Under the pieces are notes generated by a model. That model did not search any database, was not told the origin of the DNA, and saw only the letters and a program-made list of their open reading frames with translations. Below are positions 9,876 to 19,778 of a DNA stretch of 64,000 nucleotides, piece after piece. Source of the stretch: Candidatus Hydrothermales bacterium (GTDB lineage: Bacteria; Hydrothermota; Hydrothermia; Hydrothermales; JAJRUZ01); assembly GCA_039630575.1 (NCBI GenBank), contig JBCNUW010000002.1, positions 1 through 64,000 on the forward strand, written 5' to 3'. Made by a program: the position numbers and the translations under genes. Each line of letters starts with the position of its first letter. Position 1 is the stretch's first letter.

Positions 9876-10613
9876 TTACAAAATATCTTTAAAAGTATAA
9901 AATCCGTTTTTTAAATTTAAAATTTTTTTGGCAACTAACAGGGCACCTCTTGCAAAAACTTTCCTTGAATACACTTTATGAGTGAACTCAATTACCTCAT
10001 CTCCCTTTGAAAGAAACACTGTATGCTCCCCAGGAATGTTTCCTACTCTGAATCCAGAAATCAAAACTTCATCCTTTTTCTTTAACCCTTTTCTCTCAAA
10101 AATTGGAAAGACCCTATTGTTAACATTTTCCTTCCACTCATTAAAAAGATAGAAAGCTGTTCCACTTGGTGCATCCTTTTTGCCTGTATGATGTATCTCC
10201 ATTATCTCAATCTCATATTCTTTTAGAAATTCTCTAAATTTTTTAAAAAAACTTGCTATTAAATGGATACCCAAAGACATGTTTGGTGAATAAAAAACAG
10301 GAACCTTTAAGGAGAGTTCCTTAAATTTTTCAAAATGCTTTTCCTCAAGAGCAGTTGTACCAACTATATATGGTTTCGGTCTATCTATAAGTTTTAAAGT
10401 GTTTTGAAAAGTAGCTTCAGGATCTGTAAACTCTAAATAAACATCTACTTTATCATATACATTCCTTAAATCACTCTCATATTTGATCCCTTTATACTCA
10501 CCTATCACACCCTCTTTTTCTATTAAAGCACCAATTTTTATTCCTTCTTCCTCAGCAACCTCAATGAGAGTTTTTCCCATCCTACCGTTAGCACCTACAA
10601 TTCCTATTATCAT
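9876..10613 (-). CDS. dapB: 4-hydroxy-tetrahydrodipicolinate reductase
   Basis: GANGRMG, VGTT, SPNMSLG, EIHHTGKKDAPSGTA, GEHTV. Confidence 0.95.
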   Translation of the reverse strand: MIIGIVGANGRMGKTLIEVAEEEGIKIGALIEKEGVIGEYKGIKYESDLRNVYDKVDVYLEFTDPEATFQNTLKLIDRPKPYIVGTTALEEKHFEKFKELSLKVPVFYSPNMSLGIHLIASFFKKFREFLKEYEIEIMEIHHTGKKDAPSGTAFYLFNEWKENVNNRVFPIFERKGLKKKDEVLISGFRVGNIPGEHTVFLSKGDEVIEFTHKVYSRKVFARGALLVAKKILNLKNGFYTFKDIL

Positions 10614-11695
10614 AGATATGTTCCAAAATCTTTTACTTTTTCATTATCTATATTTAAAATAAAAGAAACTGAAAGTTTTAAGGCACTATCAAAATCATCT
10701 CTATGCATTAAGGCATGAAAACCATGGATATACCTTGTTGGAACTCCTATAATTGCAGATGGAACACCCTCTTTAAAAAGATGGACTCTTCCAGTATCGT
10801 ATCCTCCCATAGGAACGGTTACAATATGATACTTAATGTTTTCCTTCTGTGCTAAATCCCTTAAAAATCTTATTAATTTTCTGTTTCCAATCATCGTGTA
10901 ATCAAAAACTACAATTGAACAACCATTTCCCATCTTAGCATCACTTTTTTCCTTGGCTGCTGGTGTATCATCAGAAATCGACACATCAAGGGCAATACCT
11001 ACATCTGGTTCTACAAGCCATGAAGATGTACCTGCACCTCTTAAACCTACCTCTTCCTGAACTGAAAAAACACCATAGACAGTACCGTTAAATTCTTTAT
11101 CCTTTATCTCTTCAAAAATCCTTACTAAAAGAGCAGCTCCATATCTATTATCAAAGGCTTTTGCAGAATAAACCTTTTCATTTCCAAAAATTTTAAACTC
11201 CGAATAAGGTGCTATTGGGTCACCAACTTCAATTTCTAATTTTTCCTTTGGATTAAACTGAGTATCTACACCAAAATCTATCCATAAATCTTCTAATTCA
11301 GGAAGCTTTGAAAGTTCCTCCCTTTTTCTTAATAAATGAGGAGGGGTTGACCCCACTACTCCTAAGAATTTTTTTCCACTTTTTGTTTTCACAACAACCA
11401 ACTGATCTATAAGAGTTGCACTCCACCAGCCACCTAATGGTAAAAATTTTACATAACCATCTTGCGTAAACCCTCTAACCATCAATCCAATTTCATCCAT
11501 ATGGGCTATAAACATTACCCTCGGTCTATCACTTTTACCCTTTTTTACTGCTATTATTGAACCTAACCTGTCAGTTTTGATATCGTCAACTGTATCTTTT
11601 ATGTAGTTTAATATCACTGACCTTATTTCATCTTCAAAACCAGGTGGGCCAAAGGCCTCAGTTAAATCTTTTATAACTTTTTCTGTATGATCCAT
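10610..11695 (-). CDS. M42 family (TET-like) aminopeptidase
   Basis: AHMDEIG, KAFDNRYG, QEEVGLRGA, ALDV, PTRYIH. Confidence 0.93.
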   Translation of the reverse strand: MDHTEKVIKDLTEAFGPPGFEDEIRSVILNYIKDTVDDIKTDRLGSIIAVKKGKSDRPRVMFIAHMDEIGLMVRGFTQDGYVKFLPLGGWWSATLIDQLVVVKTKSGKKFLGVVGSTPPHLLRKREELSKLPELEDLWIDFGVDTQFNPKEKLEIEVGDPIAPYSEFKIFGNEKVYSAKAFDNRYGAALLVRIFEEIKDKEFNGTVYGVFSVQEEVGLRGAGTSSWLVEPDVGIALDVSISDDTPAAKEKSDAKMGNGCSIVVFDYTMIGNRKLIRFLRDLAQKENIKYHIVTVPMGGYDTGRVHLFKEGVPSAIIGVPTRYIHGFHALMHRDDFDSALKLSVSFILNIDNEKVKDFGTYL

Positions 11696-11710
11696 CTTTT
11701 ATTCTCCTTT

Positions 11711-12850
11711 TTATTTAGTCTCTGAAACTTCCTTTTTTTCCTCTTTTTCTTCCACTTCAGGCATATAACTTTCTGGCTCCTCTTCCTCCTTCAAAAGATC
11801 AATATCATCCTTCTTTTTATAAAGAGCTATAAAAATAAAGTTGTTCCCTGAAAAAAACATACTTGCTATATAAGATAAAACCATAAATATAAGAGCATAA
11901 CCAAAAAAGCCTAAAAACCATCCAAGAATATCCCCCCATAGTCCTAATGAACCCGGATCCTCTGGAATGTAAAGTAAAGCACTTGCCCCTATCTTTTCAA
12001 AGTAAGGATATAACTCGGAAAGGAATTTATAGTCAGGTAAAAGAGAATTTGCCTTTTCAATTATAGATGGGAAAAGTGGATAAGCCTTTGAAAGTACAAC
12101 TACAGCAACTAAAACTGCCTTTGAAACAAAAAAAGTAAAAATAGAGCCAGCAACAAACATAACACCTAAAAGAAGAAGTTCATATAAAAATAACCTCCAT
12201 GGCTCTTCGTTAATTGTTGAAAAAATTTCAAAAAGGGTGTCAAAGGTATCATTACCAGTAGTACCTACAATTGAAGGCGAAATAATAAGGGAAACAATCA
12301 AGGAAAAGAAAATGTATACTAAAAACATACAAGTAAAAAAAGCAGGTATTGAAAATAAAATAAATACTAATGTTCCTAAAAGAGGTATCCGTGATATTAA
12401 ACCCCATATAAAACCAATTAGTAAAATTAAAATAATTAAAATTATTAGTAAAATCGGTGTCAGAAAGGAAGATTTACCCTTTGTAATTGAAAATTTCAAA
12501 GCTTCTTTAATTTCATAAAACTCATCACCTTTTAACTGTTCATAGTGAATTTTTGAAACAGCAGTACCAAATATAAAAAAGATCAGTAAAAAAATAATTA
12601 ATCCTATAAAATGAAAAACTTTTCCTTCAAATGATAAAGGTTCAAAGAATATAATAGGTAAGAACTTATATGTCCCCCACACAGTTTTAAAATCCCAACC
12701 ACTTAAAAGTAATGCAATGTATGAGAAAAATGAATAAAAAAATGAACCAAGAACTAACCCCATAAAGAAAACCCACATTTTTTTAACTGATAGTCCAAAT
12801 CTTGCAGCTCTAAATACATCCTTGAAATTGTAGTGGAGTTTTACTGGCAT
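11711..12850 (-). CDS. Polytopic membrane protein of unknown function, acidic C-terminal tail
   Basis: 379-aa ORF, 7 or more hydrophobic segments; no family recognised. Confidence 0.75.
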   Translation of the reverse strand: MPVKLHYNFKDVFRAARFGLSVKKMWVFFMGLVLGSFFYSFFSYIALLLSGWDFKTVWGTYKFLPIIFFEPLSFEGKVFHFIGLIIFLLIFFIFGTAVSKIHYEQLKGDEFYEIKEALKFSITKGKSSFLTPILLIILIILILLIGFIWGLISRIPLLGTLVFILFSIPAFFTCMFLVYIFFSLIVSLIISPSIVGTTGNDTFDTLFEIFSTINEEPWRLFLYELLLLGVMFVAGSIFTFFVSKAVLVAVVVLSKAYPLFPSIIEKANSLLPDYKFLSELYPYFEKIGASALLYIPEDPGSLGLWGDILGWFLGFFGYALIFMVLSYIASMFFSGNNFIFIALYKKKDDIDLLKEEEEPESYMPEVEEKEEKKEVSETK

Positions 12851-12924
12851 AACTGGATTTTAAATTTTTAAAAAGGAATTGAACCTAAAATTAATTTTAA
12901 ATGAGAATTAATTTAGTTTTCAAT

Positions 12925-14664
12925 TTAAAAGCGAAATTCAACACCCAATGTTAAAAGAAAAAGCTTTGATAAAAGTTTCTCTGATATTAAACTTATTCTA
13001 TTATACCTCAAATAGGAGTTTTTCATTAACTCAAGATTCGAACCCTTTTCGATAAGAAATATTCTTCTTGCCCATTCGTCCTCATCAAGTGTATAAGGAT
13101 CAAGTCCATAGGAAATAAAAAAGAAATTCTTTTCCTTTATTATTCTTCTTAATTCTAAATAAGGTGCAAGAAAGGAATTTTTAATTTTTAAATGAGATGC
13201 ATTAAAAACCATCAGTCTTAAATCTAAATATAATTCATAACTCTTTAAAAATTTATTAATTGATTTAAAAATAAACTCTGTAGCGATGGGAGAATAAAAA
13301 AATCCAGAAGATGAAAATCTTCCTATAATAGATATGGGCATAAAAGATGGTTTAACTTCAAAAATTATTGATAAAAGTTCTTTAAAACCCATAGAAAAGG
13401 TCTCAAAATACATAAGTTGATTTATCCTATGAAAATAAAAAAGATCACTAAAGGGAAATTCTTTTTTTAAATTAAAATAGTAGTGCTTTAACCTAAAAAT
13501 AATATTTTCACTTTTTAAAAATAAGCTTGAAATCAAAAGACCACCTCTATAGGTTCCCGGAAATTTTATAAAATCATTTAAATCATACTCCAAGGAAAAT
13601 CCACTTTTAAGTCGGGATGAATACATAAAAGAACCATAAAACCTCAAAAAATCTATTAATTTTATGGTATGTTTAAAGGGTTCCCCATTAGATTTTTCAT
13701 CTGCCCTCCAAAAGAGCTCTCCTTTTCCAGATGCGAAAATTAATTCAAAATTTCTTATTTTTTTCTTTAAATCTAAACTGAAAAAATTTTCTTCCTTATA
13801 GGAATTAAAAAAAATAAGTTTATTATCAATAGTAAGAGAATCTGGAGAAAGACTACCATAAGTTCTATCAAATCCCTTACTTTTAAAATAATTTAGTGCT
13901 AAATCTTTTAAAACACTGAACCTTGAAAAAATTAAATCTCTACCCTCCTTCCATCCATTAGAATAGAGAAAATCGAAATAAAAAATTTTTGACTTGTAAT
14001 TTAAAATAAAACCCTCTTCCTCTCTACCAAAATCCTTATGAAACTCTCCAATGTTTCCTGTTAGATCAAAAGGCTCAATTGAAGATAAAACAAATTTGTT
14101 GTAAAAACCTCTTATAAATAAATTACCTTCCCTTAGACTAAACTCAGCTCTTTCAAAAAAAACTGGTATGGCTCCGTCACCTTCAAGGTTTTTGCTCTGA
14201 TACCTCAACCTAATCCATAACATTGAATTATATGGAAAAAACCCTTTTATATCTAACTTCGAATCACCTATAGTGAGAATTTTTCTTAAAGTGTCTTCAA
14301 AGTTTAAATAAAACCTTATATCACCAGAAAAATTAACACTTTTGTTCCAATCAGTGTTTGATAATGTAAGTGGAATAATTTTTTCACCCTTTTCTGTAAT
14401 TTCAATTAAAGAATTTCCAAAGGTTCCAACTTTTAACGGATTCTCCGGATCATTTACCCAACTCCCATCTACTATGAACTTATACTCATACCTTCCAGGT
14501 TCAAGGTCTACCTCTATTTCCCAAAAGTCCCCCCTTTTTTCCATTTTTAAAGCCCCTTTTTCCCAATCTGTAAAATCTCCAGCTAGAAAAACTGACCTTG
14601 CATCGGGTGCTTTTATCTTAAATTTAATTGGATAAAGAATTAAAATTAAAATCAAAAATTTCAT
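12925..14664 (-). CDS. CBM48 (glycogen-binding) domain fused to a predicted outer-membrane beta-barrel
   Basis: Signal-like start, FLAGDFTDW...PGRYEYKFIVDGSWVNDPEN, then long alternating aromatic strands ending LTLGVEFRF (BAM beta-signal type). Confidence 0.75.
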   Translation of the reverse strand: MKFLILILILYPIKFKIKAPDARSVFLAGDFTDWEKGALKMEKRGDFWEIEVDLEPGRYEYKFIVDGSWVNDPENPLKVGTFGNSLIEITEKGEKIIPLTLSNTDWNKSVNFSGDIRFYLNFEDTLRKILTIGDSKLDIKGFFPYNSMLWIRLRYQSKNLEGDGAIPVFFERAEFSLREGNLFIRGFYNKFVLSSIEPFDLTGNIGEFHKDFGREEEGFILNYKSKIFYFDFLYSNGWKEGRDLIFSRFSVLKDLALNYFKSKGFDRTYGSLSPDSLTIDNKLIFFNSYKEENFFSLDLKKKIRNFELIFASGKGELFWRADEKSNGEPFKHTIKLIDFLRFYGSFMYSSRLKSGFSLEYDLNDFIKFPGTYRGGLLISSLFLKSENIIFRLKHYYFNLKKEFPFSDLFYFHRINQLMYFETFSMGFKELLSIIFEVKPSFMPISIIGRFSSSGFFYSPIATEFIFKSINKFLKSYELYLDLRLMVFNASHLKIKNSFLAPYLELRRIIKEKNFFFISYGLDPYTLDEDEWARRIFLIEKGSNLELMKNSYLRYNRISLISEKLLSKLFLLTLGVEFRF

Positions 14665-14668
14665 AAAT

Positions 14669-17600
14669 CTAATTCGTTAATCTTATGATCTTAAAGACTT
14701 GAACTTCACCTTTTTCCTTTTCAATCCTAATAAAGTAAATACCAGATTCTGTCTTCGGAATTTGAATTTTTTTGTCAAAAAATTTCTTTTCAAAAATCTT
14801 TCTTCCAGTAATGTCGTATATCTTTAAATTTAAATCTTTATCATAAAAGTTAAAGAAATATTTAGGGTTTATAGTATTAATAAAAAATTTACTTTCCTTT
14901 TTTTCATATTTTTCTTCTATCATCAAAATCTTCATTAGAATAAATTCTACAGGCTCAATTCTTAGGTTTAGTATTCTCCAACGGGGAACCTGCCACTCAA
15001 GAGAACCCTCGTTGAAGGTCTTGTAAGTACCTACTGCAAGATAAATTGAATCTGGATCACTTCCTAACAAGTTCCTTAAATAAATGACCCCCTCCATTAT
15101 TCCTGTATCGGAAGAAAAGGCCTTAAATTTAAAGTTAAAGGTATCATTTACAATATTTTCGAGAGAATCAAAGAATGAAATGAAGCTGTTATCATTCTCA
15201 TCAGCAAGAAAAAAATTATAAAAACCAACACTATCCTTTTTAGCCCATGGAGATTTCACAATCTTTTTATAGGGATTAAAGCTTATAAAAATAAAGTGAT
15301 CATTATTAAACCTATCATTGGAGTTTCCAGCAGCCTCTGTTGCTATATACAATCTTCCAGAATCTCTATCATAAAATCCCCAAAGATGCATTTGAGGATT
15401 CTCGGCAATAAGAGGAACACCGGGATCTAACTTACCATCCATTACAAAGTTTAATTTACCTACTATAAAGCTATCATTTCTGTTTAGCCATGAAATGTTA
15501 TAAGAAGAATCTTTTGCATAAATTGTATAAATAATTTTAGTTCCATTAGGATGAGGCGATATTATACCCTTATAAGTATAAGATGAATCCTTTTTCATTA
15601 AAGTCTTAAAAATATTAATCCAGTTGTTATTTGTCCAGTATAAAATAACTGAATCAACTCCCGAGGGATCAATAGCTTTAATTTTTACTGTTACAGAGTC
15701 AGAGGAAGTAATATTATAAACTGGATTTCTTTGAAGATCAAAAAGAAGAGGACCTTCACGATCACCAGGTCCAATAAAAGGTAGGTCAGGAACACCTCTA
15801 CCAGCATAAAGATATATGTTAAAGTTTCCAGATATATTTCCTATTTCAACTTTTTCTCCAGCAAAGACCCTTGATATTAAATTAAATTTTAAACCTATGC
15901 CAGACTCCCAAAGGATAAAAACACCTCTTCCTGATTTTCTGTTTCTAAAGCCTCCATACATCCAACCGTTAGGTGAGATATCATTTTCAAAATCAAGATT
16001 ATAATAATTAAAAATAAGATAGTAAAGATCAGGTGAGAAAACAGCCTTAGACCATATTATATATGGCGAGCTATAAGTTAATTTTATAAAATTTTTACCT
16101 CTTTTAAAAGAATATGTTTTTAAAATACCTTGACTTTCAAAAGAAATAAAAGCATTTCCGGTGTCAGAATAAAAACTATAAAGATTATACAGATTGTTCT
16201 CAAAAAAAGCATCTTCACCAAATCCTGAATGATTGTAATCAGAATGATCACCCTCCCCTTGCCAATAAGTAAAAAAGTTTCCAATATAAACAGAACCTGA
16301 AGAATCACAGAGAAATACCATTTTTCCTCCTATTCTTTCGAAAACTGCAAGAAATACATCTGTTCCTATCACGTATTCCATGAATCCATCCCCATCTATA
16401 TCGGCTGAATCCTTAAAAACACTTCTTGTAGAATAAAGCCAGTTTGAAGCGTAAGCAAAAATATTTGCTTTTCCTGTATGATTCCATAAATTTCTCCCCC
16501 AAAAAACAAGTTCACCTCCAGGACCTGAATGCCAAGCTGTTTCGTATAAAAGGGAATTTAAAGTTAAAAATCCAAGAATTTTTAAATTACTACTTTGTAA
16601 ATTTTTAAGACTATTCCATGAAAAGAGCCATAAATCCTCATAGTCTCCTTTTATTCCATTTAGATTTATGTCAGGAGCGTCATGATCAGTTCCATAGGCT
16701 TTAACACTCTTAAAGTGATTGTACCAGTTGTCATAGTTTCCACCCGTCCATCCATGAAGTTCATGGTATGCTGAATAGTTAATATAAATAGTTGGTGGGT
16801 CGTTGTATGGATTTTGGTCATATATTCTGTCAACACCCCACCATTTTGCAGCTTCAGCAACATGGATGGGTTGCATCCACCCTTCGTTTCTTGCTGAGGA
16901 AAGCCAAGCAATGTTAGCATCATAAGAGTTTGAAGGTGCTCCAGCATATCCAAAATCCCAACCTGCAACACCTGCAGCTTTTTCCCAATCATCACCATAA
17001 ACACAAATTTGTTCTTGATCCCATGAATTTGCAAGATCCTGAAAGTGAGTATACAAAAATGTATTTGGAACATAATTCCATACCCAAAAATCTCTTGCAT
17101 GTTTTTGAATAAAAATAATAAATACTCGATGACCATCCTCTATCATTTGATGCACCTTATGACTGTTATAACAGGGTGTGCCATCAGGGAAAGTGTGACT
17201 GTACCATTCGTGAACGTTATCATCTAAAAGTATACATGGTGACACATGTCTACCCCATGAATCTTTTTTACCGTAAATTGAATCTAAGAGTGCCACAAGA
17301 GAGTATGGCATTAAATTTTTGCTTTTAAAAACTCTCTCAGGAATCCATATAACCGTAGGATGGTCTGGCCATCCCTCACCTTTTATAAGTGAATCGTCTT
17401 GTATTCTTTTGATTATAAAACCAAACTTATTTATCTCTCTTGCAGCATAAGGTAAGATATTTTGTCCATAAACACTTCCAACAATATCAACAAGATCACT
17501 TTCTAAACGACTTAAAAGTCCCCTATCATTTAAAAAAAAGGCATAAGAGCTTGTTAAAGTTCCAGAAATATGGATATCAACAGGGATGTTATAATAGAAA

Positions 17601-17755
17601 TGGGAGTCAAGGACTCTATGGTATGAATTTCCGTTATAATTTTGATCCCCTGGTCTTAAAGCGTAAAAGCCGTTATCTCCAAAATGTTGATTGCCGTGAT
17701 GGACAAAGGCAACCTTTGCTGTTCCACTAAATAAAAAAATTAATATTAAAACCAT
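14669..17755 (-). CDS. Divergent multidomain GH57-like glycoside hydrolase with T9SS-type C-terminal domain
   Basis: HHGNQH, WIPERV (nucleophile position), YGDDWEK (acid/base position), DIDGDGFMEY..GG resembling the 4-alpha-glucanotransferase C-domain, tail KIYDITGRKI...SGIYFIRI...KIIR. Confidence 0.7.
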   Translation of the reverse strand: MVLILIFLFSGTAKVAFVHHGNQHFGDNGFYALRPGDQNYNGNSYHRVLDSHFYYNIPVDIHISGTLTSSYAFFLNDRGLLSRLESDLVDIVGSVYGQNILPYAAREINKFGFIIKRIQDDSLIKGEGWPDHPTVIWIPERVFKSKNLMPYSLVALLDSIYGKKDSWGRHVSPCILLDDNVHEWYSHTFPDGTPCYNSHKVHQMIEDGHRVFIIFIQKHARDFWVWNYVPNTFLYTHFQDLANSWDQEQICVYGDDWEKAAGVAGWDFGYAGAPSNSYDANIAWLSSARNEGWMQPIHVAEAAKWWGVDRIYDQNPYNDPPTIYINYSAYHELHGWTGGNYDNWYNHFKSVKAYGTDHDAPDINLNGIKGDYEDLWLFSWNSLKNLQSSNLKILGFLTLNSLLYETAWHSGPGGELVFWGRNLWNHTGKANIFAYASNWLYSTRSVFKDSADIDGDGFMEYVIGTDVFLAVFERIGGKMVFLCDSSGSVYIGNFFTYWQGEGDHSDYNHSGFGEDAFFENNLYNLYSFYSDTGNAFISFESQGILKTYSFKRGKNFIKLTYSSPYIIWSKAVFSPDLYYLIFNYYNLDFENDISPNGWMYGGFRNRKSGRGVFILWESGIGLKFNLISRVFAGEKVEIGNISGNFNIYLYAGRGVPDLPFIGPGDREGPLLFDLQRNPVYNITSSDSVTVKIKAIDPSGVDSVILYWTNNNWINIFKTLMKKDSSYTYKGIISPHPNGTKIIYTIYAKDSSYNISWLNRNDSFIVGKLNFVMDGKLDPGVPLIAENPQMHLWGFYDRDSGRLYIATEAAGNSNDRFNNDHFIFISFNPYKKIVKSPWAKKDSVGFYNFFLADENDNSFISFFDSLENIVNDTFNFKFKAFSSDTGIMEGVIYLRNLLGSDPDSIYLAVGTYKTFNEGSLEWQVPRWRILNLRIEPVEFILMKILMIEEKYEKKESKFFINTINPKYFFNFYDKDLNLKIYDITGRKIFEKKFFDKKIQIPKTESGIYFIRIEKEKGEVQVFKIIRLTN

Positions 17756-19074
17756 ATCTTAACCCTTAATCTTATTATATCATAAATTTTTTGAAATTGA
17801 GAATCAGAAAAATCAATATCATTGACAAGGTCAAAATCTGTTACATAACCTTCACCATATTCAAGGTAAAGTTCTTTTCCTGAACTTATGTAGCCTATTT
17901 GCAAAAAAGCACTTTCCCATGTAGCAAAATCACTCCTCCCCTGCGCAGCTCTAAAATAAAAATAGAAATTCCTTTTTAAGTTTATTTTACCCTCTACACC
18001 AAAGAGAACTCTTTCACCTATTGAATAGGGACTATTATGAACTCCTATGTCCTTAATTTTAAGCTGTACTTTTAAAAGATAGTTAATTTCTTCCTTTTTT
18101 AACTCAAAAAATAAATTTCTCCAAGTCTCTCTTATTTCATCTACAATTTCGTAAAATGTTTTAAAGGAATAGCCATTTATAAATTCTATATAAATTTCAC
18201 TTTGCGAAAATAAAAAATTGAAAGGTTTTTCGTAATATTTACCGTAAAGATTTTTTGTTCTATAAAAATCAAACTTTTCAGTTAAAGTTATGGATTTGTA
18301 TGGGAAAAAGAAGTTTATTTCACCTTTAAATCCTTTTTTTCCCCATTCTTTACCTATATATGAGAATCGGTTTGAAAAGGGTGTTCTGAAGCTGTCATCA
18401 ATAAAGTATTTGGAAAGAACAAACCTAAAGGGTCCTAAATACATATTTGATACTTCTGTAGCAAAAGCGCTACCTTTTAAAATATTTGAATACTCAAAGG
18501 TTAAAAATCCTTGAAAAATGCCAAATCTTAAAAAGATATCGTACAGTTCATAGATTTTATTTTCATAAAAATTTTTCTTATTTGCGTAAATAATTTGGTT
18601 TTCACCAAATTTTTTAAATTTTAAAGAAAAAATATTTATATCTGAATTTTCAGTTCTTTTTGATTTTGAAAAAAGGTGGTTTACTTCAAAACTTTTTAAA
18701 AATTTTAAATTTAACCTTGCTCCCTCAGATTTTGCCCCAAAATCATCGTCCCTGATCCTCTCGGGCGAAATTACAAATAAAAGTGGACTTTCAAAAAAGT
18801 GCCTATCCTCACGAGCAAAAAAAACAAGATATAAGGGCTTATAAAATTCAACATGACCCTGTAAGTATAAAAGCTTACTTCTCTGAAAGGTATTCTCCAT
18901 CATATAGGAAAGATAAGTATTTATAATTTCACTGCCATAAAAATACTTAAGTTCAAAATGAGCTCTATAAAAATTTAGTTCCCAATTTACAGGTTTTGAC
19001 AGCCTTTCAAATTTACTTTCGTTCTCAAAATAAAAGTTAAGAGAATAAAATGAAAAAATAATAAAACTAATCAT
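17746..19074 (-). CDS. Predicted outer-membrane beta-barrel protein
   Basis: Short hydrophobic leader, aromatic-rich amphipathic strands, ends IRLRVKIWF. Confidence 0.65.
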   Translation of the reverse strand: MISFIIFSFYSLNFYFENESKFERLSKPVNWELNFYRAHFELKYFYGSEIINTYLSYMMENTFQRSKLLYLQGHVEFYKPLYLVFFAREDRHFFESPLLFVISPERIRDDDFGAKSEGARLNLKFLKSFEVNHLFSKSKRTENSDINIFSLKFKKFGENQIIYANKKNFYENKIYELYDIFLRFGIFQGFLTFEYSNILKGSAFATEVSNMYLGPFRFVLSKYFIDDSFRTPFSNRFSYIGKEWGKKGFKGEINFFFPYKSITLTEKFDFYRTKNLYGKYYEKPFNFLFSQSEIYIEFINGYSFKTFYEIVDEIRETWRNLFFELKKEEINYLLKVQLKIKDIGVHNSPYSIGERVLFGVEGKINLKRNFYFYFRAAQGRSDFATWESAFLQIGYISSGKELYLEYGEGYVTDFDLVNDIDFSDSQFQKIYDIIRLRVKIWF

Positions 19075-19778
19075 CTCTTCAATTCGAAAGTTGCACCTGT
19101 CGATAAACCAAGATAAGAGTTATTCTCAAGGGATATCATAAAGGCTCTATCTTCAAAGGAAAGTCCAATTCCAGTGTTTGTAAAATTTTCTGAAAAAGAT
19201 AAAAATATAGAAATTGGCTTTAAAAAAAGGTAAAATCCAGTTTTATAAATTTCACTTTCTTTTGAAATAAAAATATTAAATTTCTCAATTGGTGAGTAAT
19301 TTAAACAAATGTGATAATCTTTTGATTCAAAAGAGTTTAAAATATGTCTAATATTAAAAGATAATACTAAACTGCCTTTGACAAAAGAACTTCCAACATC
19401 AAAATCAAAAGATGCTTTGTTTTTAAAAGATGAGTTAAGTAAAAGATAGTTTAATGAAGTTGATAAAGCAAAACTTCTAATTTTCTTTGCAAAACCTAAT
19501 AAAAATTCTGTTTCTGAATAATTTTTAAGTTTCTTTTGAAAGATGGTAAGAAAGGCAAATTTTTTAAAAGATAAGGAAAAATGCACTTCATTCCATTCTT
19601 TTATACTGTAAGGATTTCTGTAATCAAAATAAAAAAGGAAATTTCTATCAAAAAAAGATATAAGGGAAGGATAAAAAGAAGTTGACGAGAAAAAGTTAAG
19701 ATCAGCTGAACCAGTGAGTCTCAAAAATGAAGAGGGTTTAAAATCAAATAGAGCATAGAAAAATAATAGAATTATCAT
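19071..19778 (-). CDS. Small outer-membrane beta-barrel, PorP/PorV-like
   Basis: FYPSLIS..YRNPYSIKE recalls the NPA-type N-terminus; FDFDVG strand; ends GATFELKR; follows a CTD-bearing gene. Confidence 0.5.
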   Translation of the reverse strand: MIILLFFYALFDFKPSSFLRLTGSADLNFFSSTSFYPSLISFFDRNFLFYFDYRNPYSIKEWNEVHFSLSFKKFAFLTIFQKKLKNYSETEFLLGFAKKIRSFALSTSLNYLLLNSSFKNKASFDFDVGSSFVKGSLVLSFNIRHILNSFESKDYHICLNYSPIEKFNIFISKESEIYKTGFYLFLKPISIFLSFSENFTNTGIGLSFEDRAFMISLENNSYLGLSTGATFELKR

